From Thalia democratica (Eukaryota), in contig OZ241834.1 of assembly GCA_965202585.1 (NCBI GenBank), positions 9,114,001 to 9,178,000 of the forward strand: a stretch of 64,000 bases of DNA, written 5' to 3'. This document shows positions 1 to 11,935 of this stretch, one piece after another. Each line of letters opens with the position of its first letter. The stretch's first letter is position 1. Below the pieces are notes generated by a model. It did not search any database. It was not told the origin of the DNA and saw only the letters and a program-made list of their open reading frames with translations. The position numbers and the translations under genes were made by a program.

Positions 1-3000
1 AGGCAGCTTAACTATTGTACCTAAACTTTACAGAATTTTCTAGAAGTTAAGGTTTTTAAACCTCACACATTTAATTTTTGTAAAGTCTAACTTTTAAATA
101 ACGCAAACAAGTGAAACAAAATATGTTTTAAAAAACCTTTTTAAATTTTTTATCTTGTTGTGTAAAAAAGCATGGTTCGTATTTATATGAAGCTATTTAT
201 TTTAAGTAAAAAAACAAAAATACTGGCAAATTAATTTAGTTTCCATTTGGACTATAAATCATTTCGGCATATCTATTTAATAATAGGTCAAAAAAAAGTT
301 ATAATCATTCATTTATTATTCAAAATATTACTCCTTTTCTGTTTTTAAAGTTGAACTTTGTTTTATTCTTAAAAATTCTCTTAAAATTCATTTTACAACT
401 TATTTTATATGCATTTTGTTTTAAATAAAAAAAGTATTTAAAATCCAACTAAATTGAAGCCTATTAAGGAATAAAAATTCTATGCTCTTTTTATAGTATG
501 TATTTTGTTTTAACACTATGTTTTTTAATTTGTAATAACAACTAACTCTAAAACTAAAAAAACCTGTGTAGGAATTAGTAATAGCTCGCTGAACAATAAG
601 TAAAAACTATGAAAAGCTATTAACTTTTATTGGTTTATTATTCAAGTAAAGGAGATCTTTAAATAGATTTCTGCCTAAGTATGAATAATTTCCTATGTTA
701 AATTTACTAAAACTTTAACCATAAAAAAAATGTTTTAAAGCTTACATAAGTATAAACAATAAGAATTATTTCACGTTCGTCAAAAGCTAACCTTCAAAAA
801 TAAAGGTTTATATTTAACTAAACATAATTTTTTTAGGAACAAATTATTAAAACCTTTTCGCTTATTTTCTCTTTAATTTTAATAAGCTTCATAAATAAAT
901 ACTTCTTAGTTCACAACTCCTAAACCAGTAGTCATTACAAGAAGTCTTTTGGTAGTTTTAGATTGACTGCAAACCCAGACGAAGTGAGTTTGAATCTTGG
1001 CGAAACTTTTAGTTATATTAAGCTTAACTTCACGTAAAAGTTTGTTTTTACCTTTAGGCTCTTAAAAGACAACTGGTACTTGTCCTTTCCAGTTAGTGAT
1101 AAAACAACTATTTTAAATAACTGTAGCCGATGTAAGACCTTTTCTATACTCCGCGAGCAACTTTTTCTAGTGAATTTGGCTCATTACTTATGAAAGGTTG
1201 CAGTAACCTGGACTTTACTAATGTAGAGTCCTATGTACAGTGGAATTTACTTATCTGTCTTATAAGCAGTTTTTATATATTTCGATTATAAATTGTTCTT
1301 GTGTATTTTACATGACAATTATTTGTACAATTTACAAGTAGTGTACAAGGGTATCAATTAAAACTTTTAAAGTAGAATTAAACTCTACACTAAACTATGT
1401 ATTTGGTTTATAATAAATCTTTATACTAATTAAATTTTCAACTTGTCATAAACAAGAAGTTGTGTACCATTATATCAAACGTTTGAAACGTAAGCTTTAA
1501 CTACTTAACATAAACTTTAATGCTGACAATAGAAGCTGAACTTAGTTCTCACTAAACAGTAGTTCCAACAATCACTTTTGTGTTAGAAATAAATTCTGTG
1601 AGTAACACTAAATGTTCCCTTTTTTTAACTGTATTATTAAATCTAAAATATTTTTGAAAAACGTTATTGAGTACTTCGACTTTATCTCAGCAATGTTTAA
1701 AAACATCCTATAATATTCTTTATTAAGACTAATAAGGTACTTTATATAAACATAAAAGTAAACGCAACTATTCTCAAAGGTTTAGTAGAAACAGATTTGA
1801 TAGAAACTACAAACGTACACTATAAAGTTAATTTTCAAAACCTGAATAACATTATACTAGAATTTTTTAATGGTTTTTGTGCAAATAGCTAGACTCTAGA
1901 AAAAAAATATCAATTAAAATTTAGACTTAGTTGAAAATCGTTGTAAAATTTGCATTGAGTTTTAAGTACTTAATTTTGAATATTTTAAACAAAAGATTAT
2001 TTTCAAAAATTAGTAGCTCTTAACTTCCCACGTTGCCATAAATTATTAAAAGTAATAATACTAAATGTCTGGTTAGTGGGTACAGATTAGCACATTTCTA
2101 TTCGTGTCGAGGCAGGTGTCAGCTACGGCAGTCCAAGATTATAAACTTTTTTCATTAAAAGTATAAAAACAAGGTTGTTGGAGTAAAAACTTAAAATGTT
2201 TTGAAACCATTTTATTGAATGATCTAATCAAACTTACGCAGTTAACAAATATTTAGGGGCTCAAAAAAAAAGTTAACTTTTGAACTTTTAGACCAGGGGC
2301 TTACAATTTTATTTTGAACATAAAATCATTTATATCAGAACACAATTTATTTAATTCAAGAAAGTTATATAAAATTTGAGATGGTACTGAATTTCTTCTT
2401 TCCTTTTCACAGGTCCAACATCACACCGCAGTTGTATACCACCAGAATTGAAAACCTATAAGAATAATATATAATTAATATTCCAAAAAAAAGTACAGTT
2501 GTAACTGTTGCAGTGAAAACAAACAATTTATTAAAAATAACAAATAAAAAAGTACAAGTAATACAAACTAATTTGAATTATTTTAATATTTCAACAATTA
2601 TACGTATTCAAGTTTTAACTAAATTCAAATAACTTTACTACCAAATACCACAAAGATAAAAAAGGTAATTTTTTTGTTAAAAAATAGCTAACAAACTTTT
2701 TGATATCTTCAATTTTAAAATTACTGAACTTTAATCTCTTAAAAATAACTTTATTATAGAATTGTAAAAAAATTATAATACAAACAAGGAAAAAAACATA
2801 GACGTTCATTCATTCTCAAATTTCATTAAAAAAATGACACCAGCTTTTTTAAGCTGGCTTAAAAAGACTAGTAACTTTATAAATGAAGACGTTTCTATGA
2901 GTTATAATACTATTTTTTGCATTAACAACACTTTTTACATTTAACAAATTTGTTTGAGAAATTTTTTCAAAATTCAACTAATTCATTTCTCAAAGCAAAT

Positions 3001-6000
3001 ATAAACAAAATTATTAGTTAAAAACTTAAAAAACTGTCAATAAACTATTAATCAAAATTAATAGTTTAACTAAATAATTATAAAAACTAAAAATTGTAAT
3101 TAGAACTGAAAATAGACTAACAAAAACATCAAAAGTAATTCTAGACTCTTTAACAATATCTAGTTCATAGTTGATAATTAAGTTTTGGTTTAAACTATTT
3201 ACTTAAACATAATTGCTTCTATTACTAACAAACTACATCTTTTTTACCAAGTTTGATTACACTATAACAATACAACAACTTTTTTAAAATTTACATTGCT
3301 CAACATGAAAAATTAATGCATTATTCCTTAGCCTAATGTGTTATACATATGTAGTTTTAATAAAATTTAAAATGTTCTGTAAAATACCGCAGAGGTGTAC
3401 ACTTTACTTTAATTAAACTTATAAATAATCTTTTTATATTTTGCTTGCTTAGGTTTAAAAAGCAATACACTTATTAATCTTAAAAAATACCAAGCACTAA
3501 AGAAACATTTTGGATTTACTAATTAATTTTAGTGTAAACAGTTATTTTCTATAGATTTAACAAAACAGTTATTAACAATCTTCAAATCTGTAAAGAAACA
3601 GTATGTTTCTGTTTATTTGAAATAGTATGTATAACTAGTAAAGATTGGTTAATAAGTAGTACATCTCTATTTATAAAACATAAAAAGCAACCAGAAGCAT
3701 TTTGGATTTAATATGGAAGTTTCAATATCATTAGTTTTTCTTAATCATTTTAAATCTGTAAGGGAACAGTATGCCTTTTTTCACTTTAAATAACATTTAT
3801 AACTGCTAGCTCAAAACTTATAAATTTGAAACATTACTTATAAACAACTTTGTGTCTATCATCTTGTGTTTTCATTCATTATAAAACCTTAGTATGAGTT
3901 TTTTATTTCAAACTAAAAAATACAAAATGACAAATTTACTAAAGTTTTAAGAAAACATACTATTTGGATACCAAAAAGTCAGCTACAAGTTATATTTGTT
4001 AAAAACTCATGACCACTTACTTAATTGTTTCAAGTCAGCAATTTGACATGATCCAGTTTTAGAATAGATCATATTATGAAAAAAAAAACAAAGTTATAAA
4101 CAATTCTATTCTTAAATCAAATTTAAGCTGCATTTAAAAGTTTTATAAATTTAAATACAGTACATATACAGAATATGTGAAAACCAGTGGCCACAATATT
4201 AAATACTTTTAAAGCATATTCCATCACACTTATCAGTGTTTTGATATGGTTTTCTTATTGAATCGTTAGCACAATAAAACTCCTATTCATTCTTAAAACA
4301 TTTTTTAAAACTAAGTCTTTAAAACTTTAAAACTAAGAGTTGCCACAGATCAAGCTGAAAAATAAGTTTGTACTTTCTAAATCAAGTTATTATTTATAAC
4401 CTATTCAAAAATACAAAGTACTTGAAATTGTGTTAGGTTTCAATTACAAGTTAAAACAATAGTTCTTTGGCAGTTCTTTAAGTTTTTTAGAAAATAACAA
4501 AAAAATTGCAAAATGCATAATTTCCTTAATTTGTTTTTTCAAAAGCTACCATCTATTCCTTCCTGGCTTTTCGTTTTTACTGACATTCTTGATTTTGGTG
4601 CAACCATGCTAAGTATAATATTCTACTTTATAACTATTTTTACAACTAGTTACAAACAAAACACTTAAAAGTAAGAAAAAAAAGTTAGATATACCTATAA
4701 AATAAATGCTTAATTCTATAAAAGTGATAACAGTGCACTAAAAACATAGTTTATACTATTATAGTTTGAGTTATTGTTAATACAAACATGTGTGTGCATG
4801 TATAGCAACTGAACTAAAGTATACACAACTGTTTTGCAAACAAAGAAATTAAATTTCTTTAAAAATACATAAAAAAGTTCCACTTAAATAATATATTTTC
4901 TCATTTCATTTACAAAAAAGATGATTTACATCAAAATTAATTTTAACAGCATAGATTTCACAACAGAACATCCTAGACAACAGACTACAGAGGCAAACTC
5001 TCTATTAGTGTAGTACCAAAATATATATTGTGGTTGTAACTAAACAGATATGTTTAAATTTCACCATGGGTGCCATACTTTCTGACAAAACAAGTAACTT
5101 GAGTTTGTATATCAGTTTGAACTTTGTGTAAAAACTTTTAAGTAATTAAATAAAAAAGCTAATTACTGCTATAATTTAATTACATGTTGTTTATAAACTT
5201 AAAGCTTTTGTATAAAGAAAGTAGATTAAATTTTGCTGATATCTCAACTTTCAAAATACACACATGGTTTGTCTTATAGTATGGCACTGTTTAATAGTAT
5301 TCTATAGTGTTGAACTCTAAACTGTAGATATTAATAATATTATCAGAACATACTCACCACTGTAATTATACCAAAACTTGCTAGTATACATGAATAGGCT
5401 GGTTATAGATGAAATTCTTTTACACAACACTTTAAAACAAAAGGTGGTTACTTAATTTTAAGTATTCACTATTCGAAAACTAGTTTTAGTAAGTTACAAC
5501 AGTTTTGACATTTAAAATTAAAAGTACTTTTACTTTTATTTAAAACAGAAAATTTTCAATGTACTATAGCCAATTAATAATTTTTTAAAATGTTTACATA
5601 TAATAAAATTAAACTATATGATTAAAATAATAAACACTTTTGATATATTGAACTATATTTTCTTTTACATTTAATACCAAATCAAAAGTACTTTTAATAG
5701 ACGTAAGTTACGAATTTAAAACAGTAAGGACCATTATTAAATCAAAAGCTAAATTAATTTTTTTTACTTTATAAACAAACTTGGTGCAGATTCTTGAAGA
5801 TAGTTGTATTCAGTTTAGTAAGCATTTTGTAAGGTTTAGTAAGGTTTCATTTCATTTTCAGTATTTATTGTCAACATAATTAAAACTAGTTTGTTTTTCA
5901 GAAATATTCCAAAACAGCGGCCATTACGTTGTTTACACCTTTTTTCAATTTTATTACAAAATTTACCCTCAATCTACAGAAAAGTAATAAATTTTGAGGA

Positions 6001-6624
6001 TAAAAACTAGATTTTTTGAACTTTCAGCTTATAAAACATAAAAATCGTAATATTTAAAGAGTTTATTTAACTTTAAAAAATTTAAAGTTAAATGCTATTT
6101 TATAAATTAGTATAATCATTAATTTACATAACTGTAATAAAGAAAACTTACCCCCTAAAAAAGTGAATTAACCCCAGGAGTAAGTTTACCTCAGGTTAAG
6201 AATCGCTGGTCCATGATATTATTTATAATAATTATAAGTAGTTTTAGTTTTTGTTTTCTTTTCTAATTAAACAAAAAATATTTTAAATAAAACTTCATGT
6301 TAAAAAACTTACATCTTACATATCATACTAGTTTAATGTATGTTGGAGCTTTTAGTTTGGTTATTATACGAAGTTTATGTAAGATTTTAATATTTACTCT
6401 GGAGTCTAGTGTGAAAAACATTGAATAAGATATGGATTTTGTCAGTCATTACAATGTTTGTGGCCCTGAACTTTTTGATTTCGTCCCTTTGTTGAGGGTT
6501 TACATAAACAGCTCATTTATAATATGTTAAAACTCATAAACTAACAATTGAAAAATAAATATTTTAAAAATTTGATACCTAAAAGTTTAAAACACAGCAA
6601 CAAATAATTTCATTTCTCTATATA

Positions 6625-6630
6625 TTTATT
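6625..6630 (-). terminator. Putative polyadenylation signal AATAAA of copy 1
   Basis: AATAAA about 65 nt downstream of the TAA stop, present at the equivalent position in every copy. AT-richness makes chance occurrence possible. Confidence 0.5.
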
Positions 6631-6695
6631 GTAAACGACATATGTAGGATAGAATAATGCATTGAAAAAGTCCTATAAAAGCTAATAATTAAATT

Positions 6696-9546
6696 TTAGT
6701 TGAAATAATCCTTCAAGGATTGGCCATTTTGCTTCCACAACTGAATTTTGAGCCCGATCTGCTCTACACATTGCTTGAATTTTCTCTCACAAGTCTTTCT
6801 AACTTTGTCAGTCAAAAATTCTTTCACTTCTTTTAGCATTTCTTCGGTGGCAAAGTTAGGAGTAGAAGCTTCAACGATCTTGCCTAAGTGAGGACTTCCC
6901 TTGAACTTGTTGTAAAAGACATCCCAATGTTCCTTGACAAACTTCCAAGACTCATCTCTACCAAGCTTGGATCCTGTTGCCATGCCATACAAGATCTTGT
7001 ATTTTTCGTTGTCACGAACGTGGCTTGACATCATGTATTTTTGAACAAGTTTGAGACATTCCAAACCCTGTACGCACCCGAGAGCTGCTTCGATTTCACT
7101 CTTCTCTTCCATGGAATCAACTTTCTTGTGGAGCTCTACCATTTTGTTGAAAGCCTCAAGACCTCCTTTTGACGTGTAAACTTCGTAGACGGAAGCACGA
7201 ATTTCGGGACTGATTGGTGTTGAGTTCTTAAAGAAATTGTTCATGATTTCTGTGCACTTTTGGTTGACTTGGTCGTCGTTTGAAGCTTTGATGAGAAGCG
7301 CTCTCAAGCTGGCATCCAAATGAGATTCATCTTGTTTAGCTTCCATTCCAACATGGGCCATGACGCTACTGAAGAGATCTTTTTTGAATTGGGAAAACTT
7401 TTTTGAAGCTTCATCGTCATTCCACATAAGCTTAGTCATTGCGCTAAGGCTTTTGATTATCTCTTTCCACACTGGATATTCCTTTTCGCCCTTGAAAACT
7501 TTTAGCAACTCAAGATATGTGGCAAACGAAGTTTGACCAGTTGTAGCCATTGCATGGACGTCACTGACTATGTTGAGACGATCAAAGCAGTCAAGTTGTC
7601 CGTTTTCTACTACAGTAATTAGTTTGGACAAAATATCTTGGCTGTAGTTCACTCTGTAGAAGCCGATAAACCTTGGGTTGATTTTAAACCAGTCGTTTGC
7701 ACCGACACCTTCTACTGTGATCTGACCTGACTTTGATGAAAAGATAAAAGATTGATGTTCATCAGAGGTTGATGTGAATATTGTGATTGGCACTTGCCAC
7801 AAACTATCACTTTCACCAGATGAAGAAATACAAAACTTTTTCTGGGATAAATTAAGTGTTACAGAGTTGTCGTTTTGGCTGGCAATAGACACATCAATAA
7901 CAGGGTATCCCATTTGTTTCGTCCAAGTTGACATAACCTGCTCAACTGGCTTGCCGCTAGCATCTTCAAAACATTTCCACAAATCTTCTGTTTGTGTGTT
8001 GGAGTATGCGTGCTTTTTAAAATACGCCTTCATGCCTTCTTTGAACTTATCTGATCCGATCCAAGAGTGAATCATTCCTATGATATTACTTCCTTTTTGG
8101 TAAGAAATGGCATCGAAGATTTCCCCAATTTCACCTGGATGATTGACTGGAATTTCAATAGCGTGACTGTTTTCTAGGCTGTCAGCATCTAATGCCTTTA
8201 TTGTGACATCATTAACGTACTGCTCCCAAACTTTTAAGTCATGGTCACAAATGTGTCCTGCATCGTACATCATAAAAGTTGCAAACCCTTCGTTGAGCCA
8301 CAAGTGAGTCCACCATTCCATGGTGACCAGGTTGCCAAACCACTGGTGAGACACTTCATGGCAAACAACGATTGTTACCCAACATTTCTGCGCTACGGAA
8401 GATTCTTTTTCGTCTACGAGAAGAGCTGACTCTCTGTAAGTGATCAGTCCCCAGTTTTCCATGGCGCTGCAAGCAAAGTCGGTGATAGCAATCAAATCGA
8501 GTTTGTTCATTGGGTATGGGCAGGAAAAGAACTCTGTAAAGTACTCCACTGATTTGATAGTGACTTCCAAAGGGTAATTTCCTTGATTTGATTTTCCTGG
8601 TGGAGTGTAAACTTTGACTTCGACGCCGTCATTAGTCTTGCCTTGAACGTAGTCGAATGCTCCTACTACAAAAGCCAGCAGGTAAGTTGACATCTTCTTT
8701 GACTTTGCGAAGACGACCTTCTTTGTTACTTGATCTTCAAGAACTTCTTCGCTGATGACATTCATGTTTGACAAGGCGACGAGGTCTTTTGGTACAATTA
8801 ATGTACAATCAAAAGTTGCTTTTAATGCAGGCTCGTCCCAGCAAGGAAGGCATCGTCTGGCGTCGGTTGCCTCGAACTGAGTGATCAGGTTGTAATATTC
8901 AACACCGTCCTTGTTTGTGACTTTGGTGCGGTAGAACCCGGCCATTTCATCGTTGTGAATTCCTTTGAAACTCATGCTGAGGACTGCAGGACCGACAGGA
9001 ATAACATCTTCGAAAACAAGGGTGCAAGTCTCATCATCTTTGTTGAGATTCACCTGAGTTGGAACGAAAGTAGCTCCTGAATGTTGAAGGCTGCACTCTT
9101 TGATTTCTAATTCTTTGCTGTTCATTTTGATTTCATTAGTGGCTTCATTGACCTGTTTAAAAAAAATTTTAGTCTTTAATCCGTTTTTAATTATACTTTT
9201 TATCGGTATGGTCTATAATGTTGCGTGGTTTTATTATTAATAGTTATATGTTAATACCTAAAAGTATGTTTAGGTGTTTATTACTTAATTAAAATTATAA
9301 AATTCTTAACCATAATTTTAAATTCTAAAACAACAAATAAAGCAAAATACAAAAACATGTTTTTTCATTTACAAATTAAACTTGGTGGTTAATGAGTATA
9401 ATTACTGTCAGCATAAAAGTTTTATTAAAACTTACATTTAAGTCAACTGATTGGTGTCCTTCAAAAGTAAAAGTTTCGAATGAAGGTTTCAATGTGACAT
9501 CGTAGTTTGTAGGTGTAACGGTGGTAGGTAAACGAGAAAACTCCAT
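6696..9546 (-). CDS. NPEPPS: Puromycin-sensitive aminopeptidase (M1 family Zn aminopeptidase), copy 1; exons 9546-9436 and 9152-6696, 855 aa
   Basis: The 809-aa ORF has QFEATDARRCLPCWDEP, (G/S)AMEN, HEVSH-x18-E (HEVSHQWFGNLVTMEWWTHLWLNEG) and DAISYQKG, matching PSA. It extends upstream to an acceptor (ttttaaacAG, 9154-9153). An in-frame 111-nt exon MEFSRLPTTVTPTNYDVTLKPSFETFTFEGHQSVDLN ends at a GTAAGT donor (9435). The joined N-terminus resembles PSA FERLP...FTFEG...VRQATNQIVMN. No signal peptide. Confidence 0.95.
9153..9435 (-). other. Single phase-0 GT-AG intron of the aminopeptidase gene (283 nt; also 21255-21537, 34610-34892, 46456-46738, 59494-59777)
   Basis: Minus-strand GTAAGTTT donor and TTTTTTTTAAACAG acceptor; splicing joins LN|VNEAT in frame; sites conserved in all five copies. 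Confidence 0.9.
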
Positions 9547-9576
9547 TGTAAAATTTTCTTTAATTAGATACTTACG

Positions 9577-9590
9577 TCTGTTAAGATATA
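9577..9590 (-). promoter_or_regulatory. Possible splice acceptor (5'UTR intron or trans-splice site) 31 nt upstream of the ATG
   Basis: Minus strand atatcttaacAG|ac, conserved in all copies; no upstream exon identified. Confidence 0.25.
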
Positions 9591-9950
9591 GTTTTTTAAG
9601 ATGTTGGTATTTTTCATTAAATAATTATCTATGTAATATTATATTTGGAGACTAAGGTACACTTTGCAAATTTAAATCCTATATATGCATAGTGTAACAT
9701 AATAAGTCTATCATTGCTAAATTAGGCTACATTGCATATGCTAAAAAGTTATGCACTATACTTAAATACTTAAACTATTACATTGTTAAATAATCAACAA
9801 ATAAAATACAAATACTTATAAATTTTTGCATTTTTTTCTGAAATTTTATTTGTAATAGTAAAAAGTATATTTAATGTTCACAATGAAATTAATATTTTCA
9901 ACAATTTAACATAAATTTGACTATTTAAAATTCTGCCCAATTTATAGACT

Positions 9951-11286
9951 AAAGTTGGCCACTATCCTGGATTCCTAAAATTAAATTTAGCTTAAATAAA
10001 GTTGAGTTTGAGAAATTTTGAAAGAAAAATCTAGAATTTGAACATAAATCACTGAAAAAAAAAACCTAGATTTTAAACAATTTTTACATAGTAACTAGTG
10101 AAATTTGGATAATACAAAAAAGTTTATCACATGGATAGAAATTGTTCGTCATCATCAATATTTTTTTATTAAAGACATGATTTAAAGTAGCTTTACAGTA
10201 TTTTTCCAATGTTGTTATACTTTTTTAATTAATCTTCTACTTTAAACATAAACGTTAACTAAAAATAGACCAAAAACTAGTTTTTTCATTAAACCTGGAA
10301 GAAGTTTTAAAAACCTGGAGATAATTTGCCAAAAACCAGTGGTTACCCTGATAATTGCAAAATGATATTTTTCCTTTAAACATAACTTTTAACTAAAAAT
10401 AGACCCAAAAATAAATATTTTCATAAAGCCTCAAAGAAGTTTTAAAAACCTGGAGATAATTTGCCAAAAGCCAGTGGTCACCCTGATAATTGCAAAATGA
10501 TGTTTTTACTTTAAACATAACTTTTAACTAAAAATAGACCCAAAAATAAATATTTTCATAAAACCTCAAAGAAGTTTTAAAAACCTGGAGATAATTTGCC
10601 AAAAGCCAGTGGTCACTCTGATAATTGCAAAATGATGTTTTTACTTTAAACATAACTTTTAACTAAAAATAGACCCAAAAATAAATATTTTCATAAAGCC
10701 TCAAAGAAGTTTTAAAAACCTGGAGATAATTTGCCAAAAGCCACTGATAATTGCAAAATGATATTTTTACTTTAAACATAACTTTTAAATAAAAATAGAC
10801 CCAAAAATAAATATTTTCATAAAGCCTCAAAGAAGTTTTAAAAACCTGGAGATAATTTGCCAAAAGCCAGTGGTCACCCTGATAATTGCAAAATGATGTT
10901 TTTACTTTAAACATAACTTTTAACTAAAAATAGACCAAAAAATAAATATTTTCATAAAACCTCAAAGAAGTTTTAAAAACCTGGAGATAATTTGCCAAAA
11001 GCCAGTGGTCACTCTGATAATTGCAAAATGATGTTTTTACTTTAAACATAACTTTTAAATAAAAATAGACCCAAAAATAAATATTTTCATAAAGCCTCAA
11101 AGAAGTTTTAAAAACCTGGAGATAATTTGCCAAAAGCCAGTGGTCACCCTGATAATTGCAAAATGATGTTTTTACTTTAAACATAACTTTTAACTAAAAA
11201 TATACCAAAAACAAGTTTTTTCATTAAACCTGGAAGAAGTTTTTAAAACCTTGAAACAAATTTCAAAAAACCAGTGGTCACTTTAA
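9951..11286 (+). mobile_element. Decayed TIR MITE whose 3' end is tandemly amplified (135-bp unit, 8 TIR-ending units)
   Basis: 10021-10350 aligns by eye to the reverse complement of the intact MITE at 54974-55285 (e.g. catcatcaa...tttaaagtagcttt.cagtat, aactaaaaatagacc, ttttaaaaacctgga). Degenerate left end aaagttggccact. Units end in gtgg(t/c)(c/t)accctg at 10350, 10485, 10620, 10746 (9-bp deletion), 10881, 11016, 11151 and ~11286. Confidence 0.85.
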
Positions 11287-11935
11287 AAATTGCAAAATAA
11301 TATCCATTTCTAAATTTAAAAATATTAAGAATAAAAACTCAACTAAAGTATTGTTCTAGTTTTTTTCAAATATTTCTCTTTTTAGTTTATTGAAAAAGGG
11401 GAAGGGTATAAAAAATTATTAAATTTTAAAATCAACATTAAAAAAAAATATATATAAAATGTGGCAACTAAAAATAGTATTACTATTCAATAAATTTATT
11501 TAAATCTATATTTACTTTTTAATTTAAAAAATGTAGGAAGGAAAAAAAGAGAAAATTAAAAAAAAAACTTTATAATACTAAGTTTGTGCAATATAACAAC
11601 TTAAACAAAATTACTGTTCACTTGACTTAACATTCATACACTTCTAAAACATAAATCTAACAAAAAATATAACTACATAACCTGGAACTTTATCTATACT
11701 AAGTTTACTCTAATTCTAACTTCATTTAATCATCTAAACAAGTGAGAACAGTCTTTCTATATTCGCCTGCGCGTAAGTGAACGTTTGTGGTTTGTGGTGT
11801 GGTGACCTCATAACTCGAGACAACACTATTGGGCATAGTATTTTGAGAGATTTTAGGGTTTCATAACCCGCGGCAAATTCAGAGGACTTTTTGCTGCTTA
11901 AACTTATTTAAATTGTTTTAGGCTAACCCAGAACA

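Noticed and set aside
2615-2809. 64-aa hydrophobic ORF repeated in type-A units
   Set aside because: AT-rich composition, and the homologous B-type region (51890-52080) has frame-breaking indels.
3221-3250. TACTAAC branch point plus polypyrimidine AG on the plus strand
   Set aside because: About one such 7-mer is expected by chance per spacer at this AT content, and the downstream sequence has stops and no clear donor.
6186-6214. Minus-strand ATG GAC CAG CGA TTC TTA ACC TGA as a selenoprotein start
   Set aside because: No CxxU-type context, no SECIS found and no supported downstream exons.
7774-8429. Plus-strand ORFs 7774-8070 and 8241-8429 and their copies in each unit
   Set aside because: Antisense shadows of the aminopeptidase CDS with no recognisable homology.
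10663-11184. 83/86-aa ORFs with 45-aa periodicity
   Set aside because: By-product of the 135-bp (45-codon) repeat; stops and start positions vary between arrays.
10231-11290. CRISPR-like regular array
   Set aside because: Units are contiguous with no unique spacers, the context is eukaryotic, there are no cas genes, and the origin is explained by a MITE end.
11845-11930. Telomerase-RNA-like template (minus-strand aaccctaa; plus-strand ctaaccc)
   Set aside because: Only 7-8 nt matches, with no downstream U-rich pseudoknot or H/ACA domain discernible.
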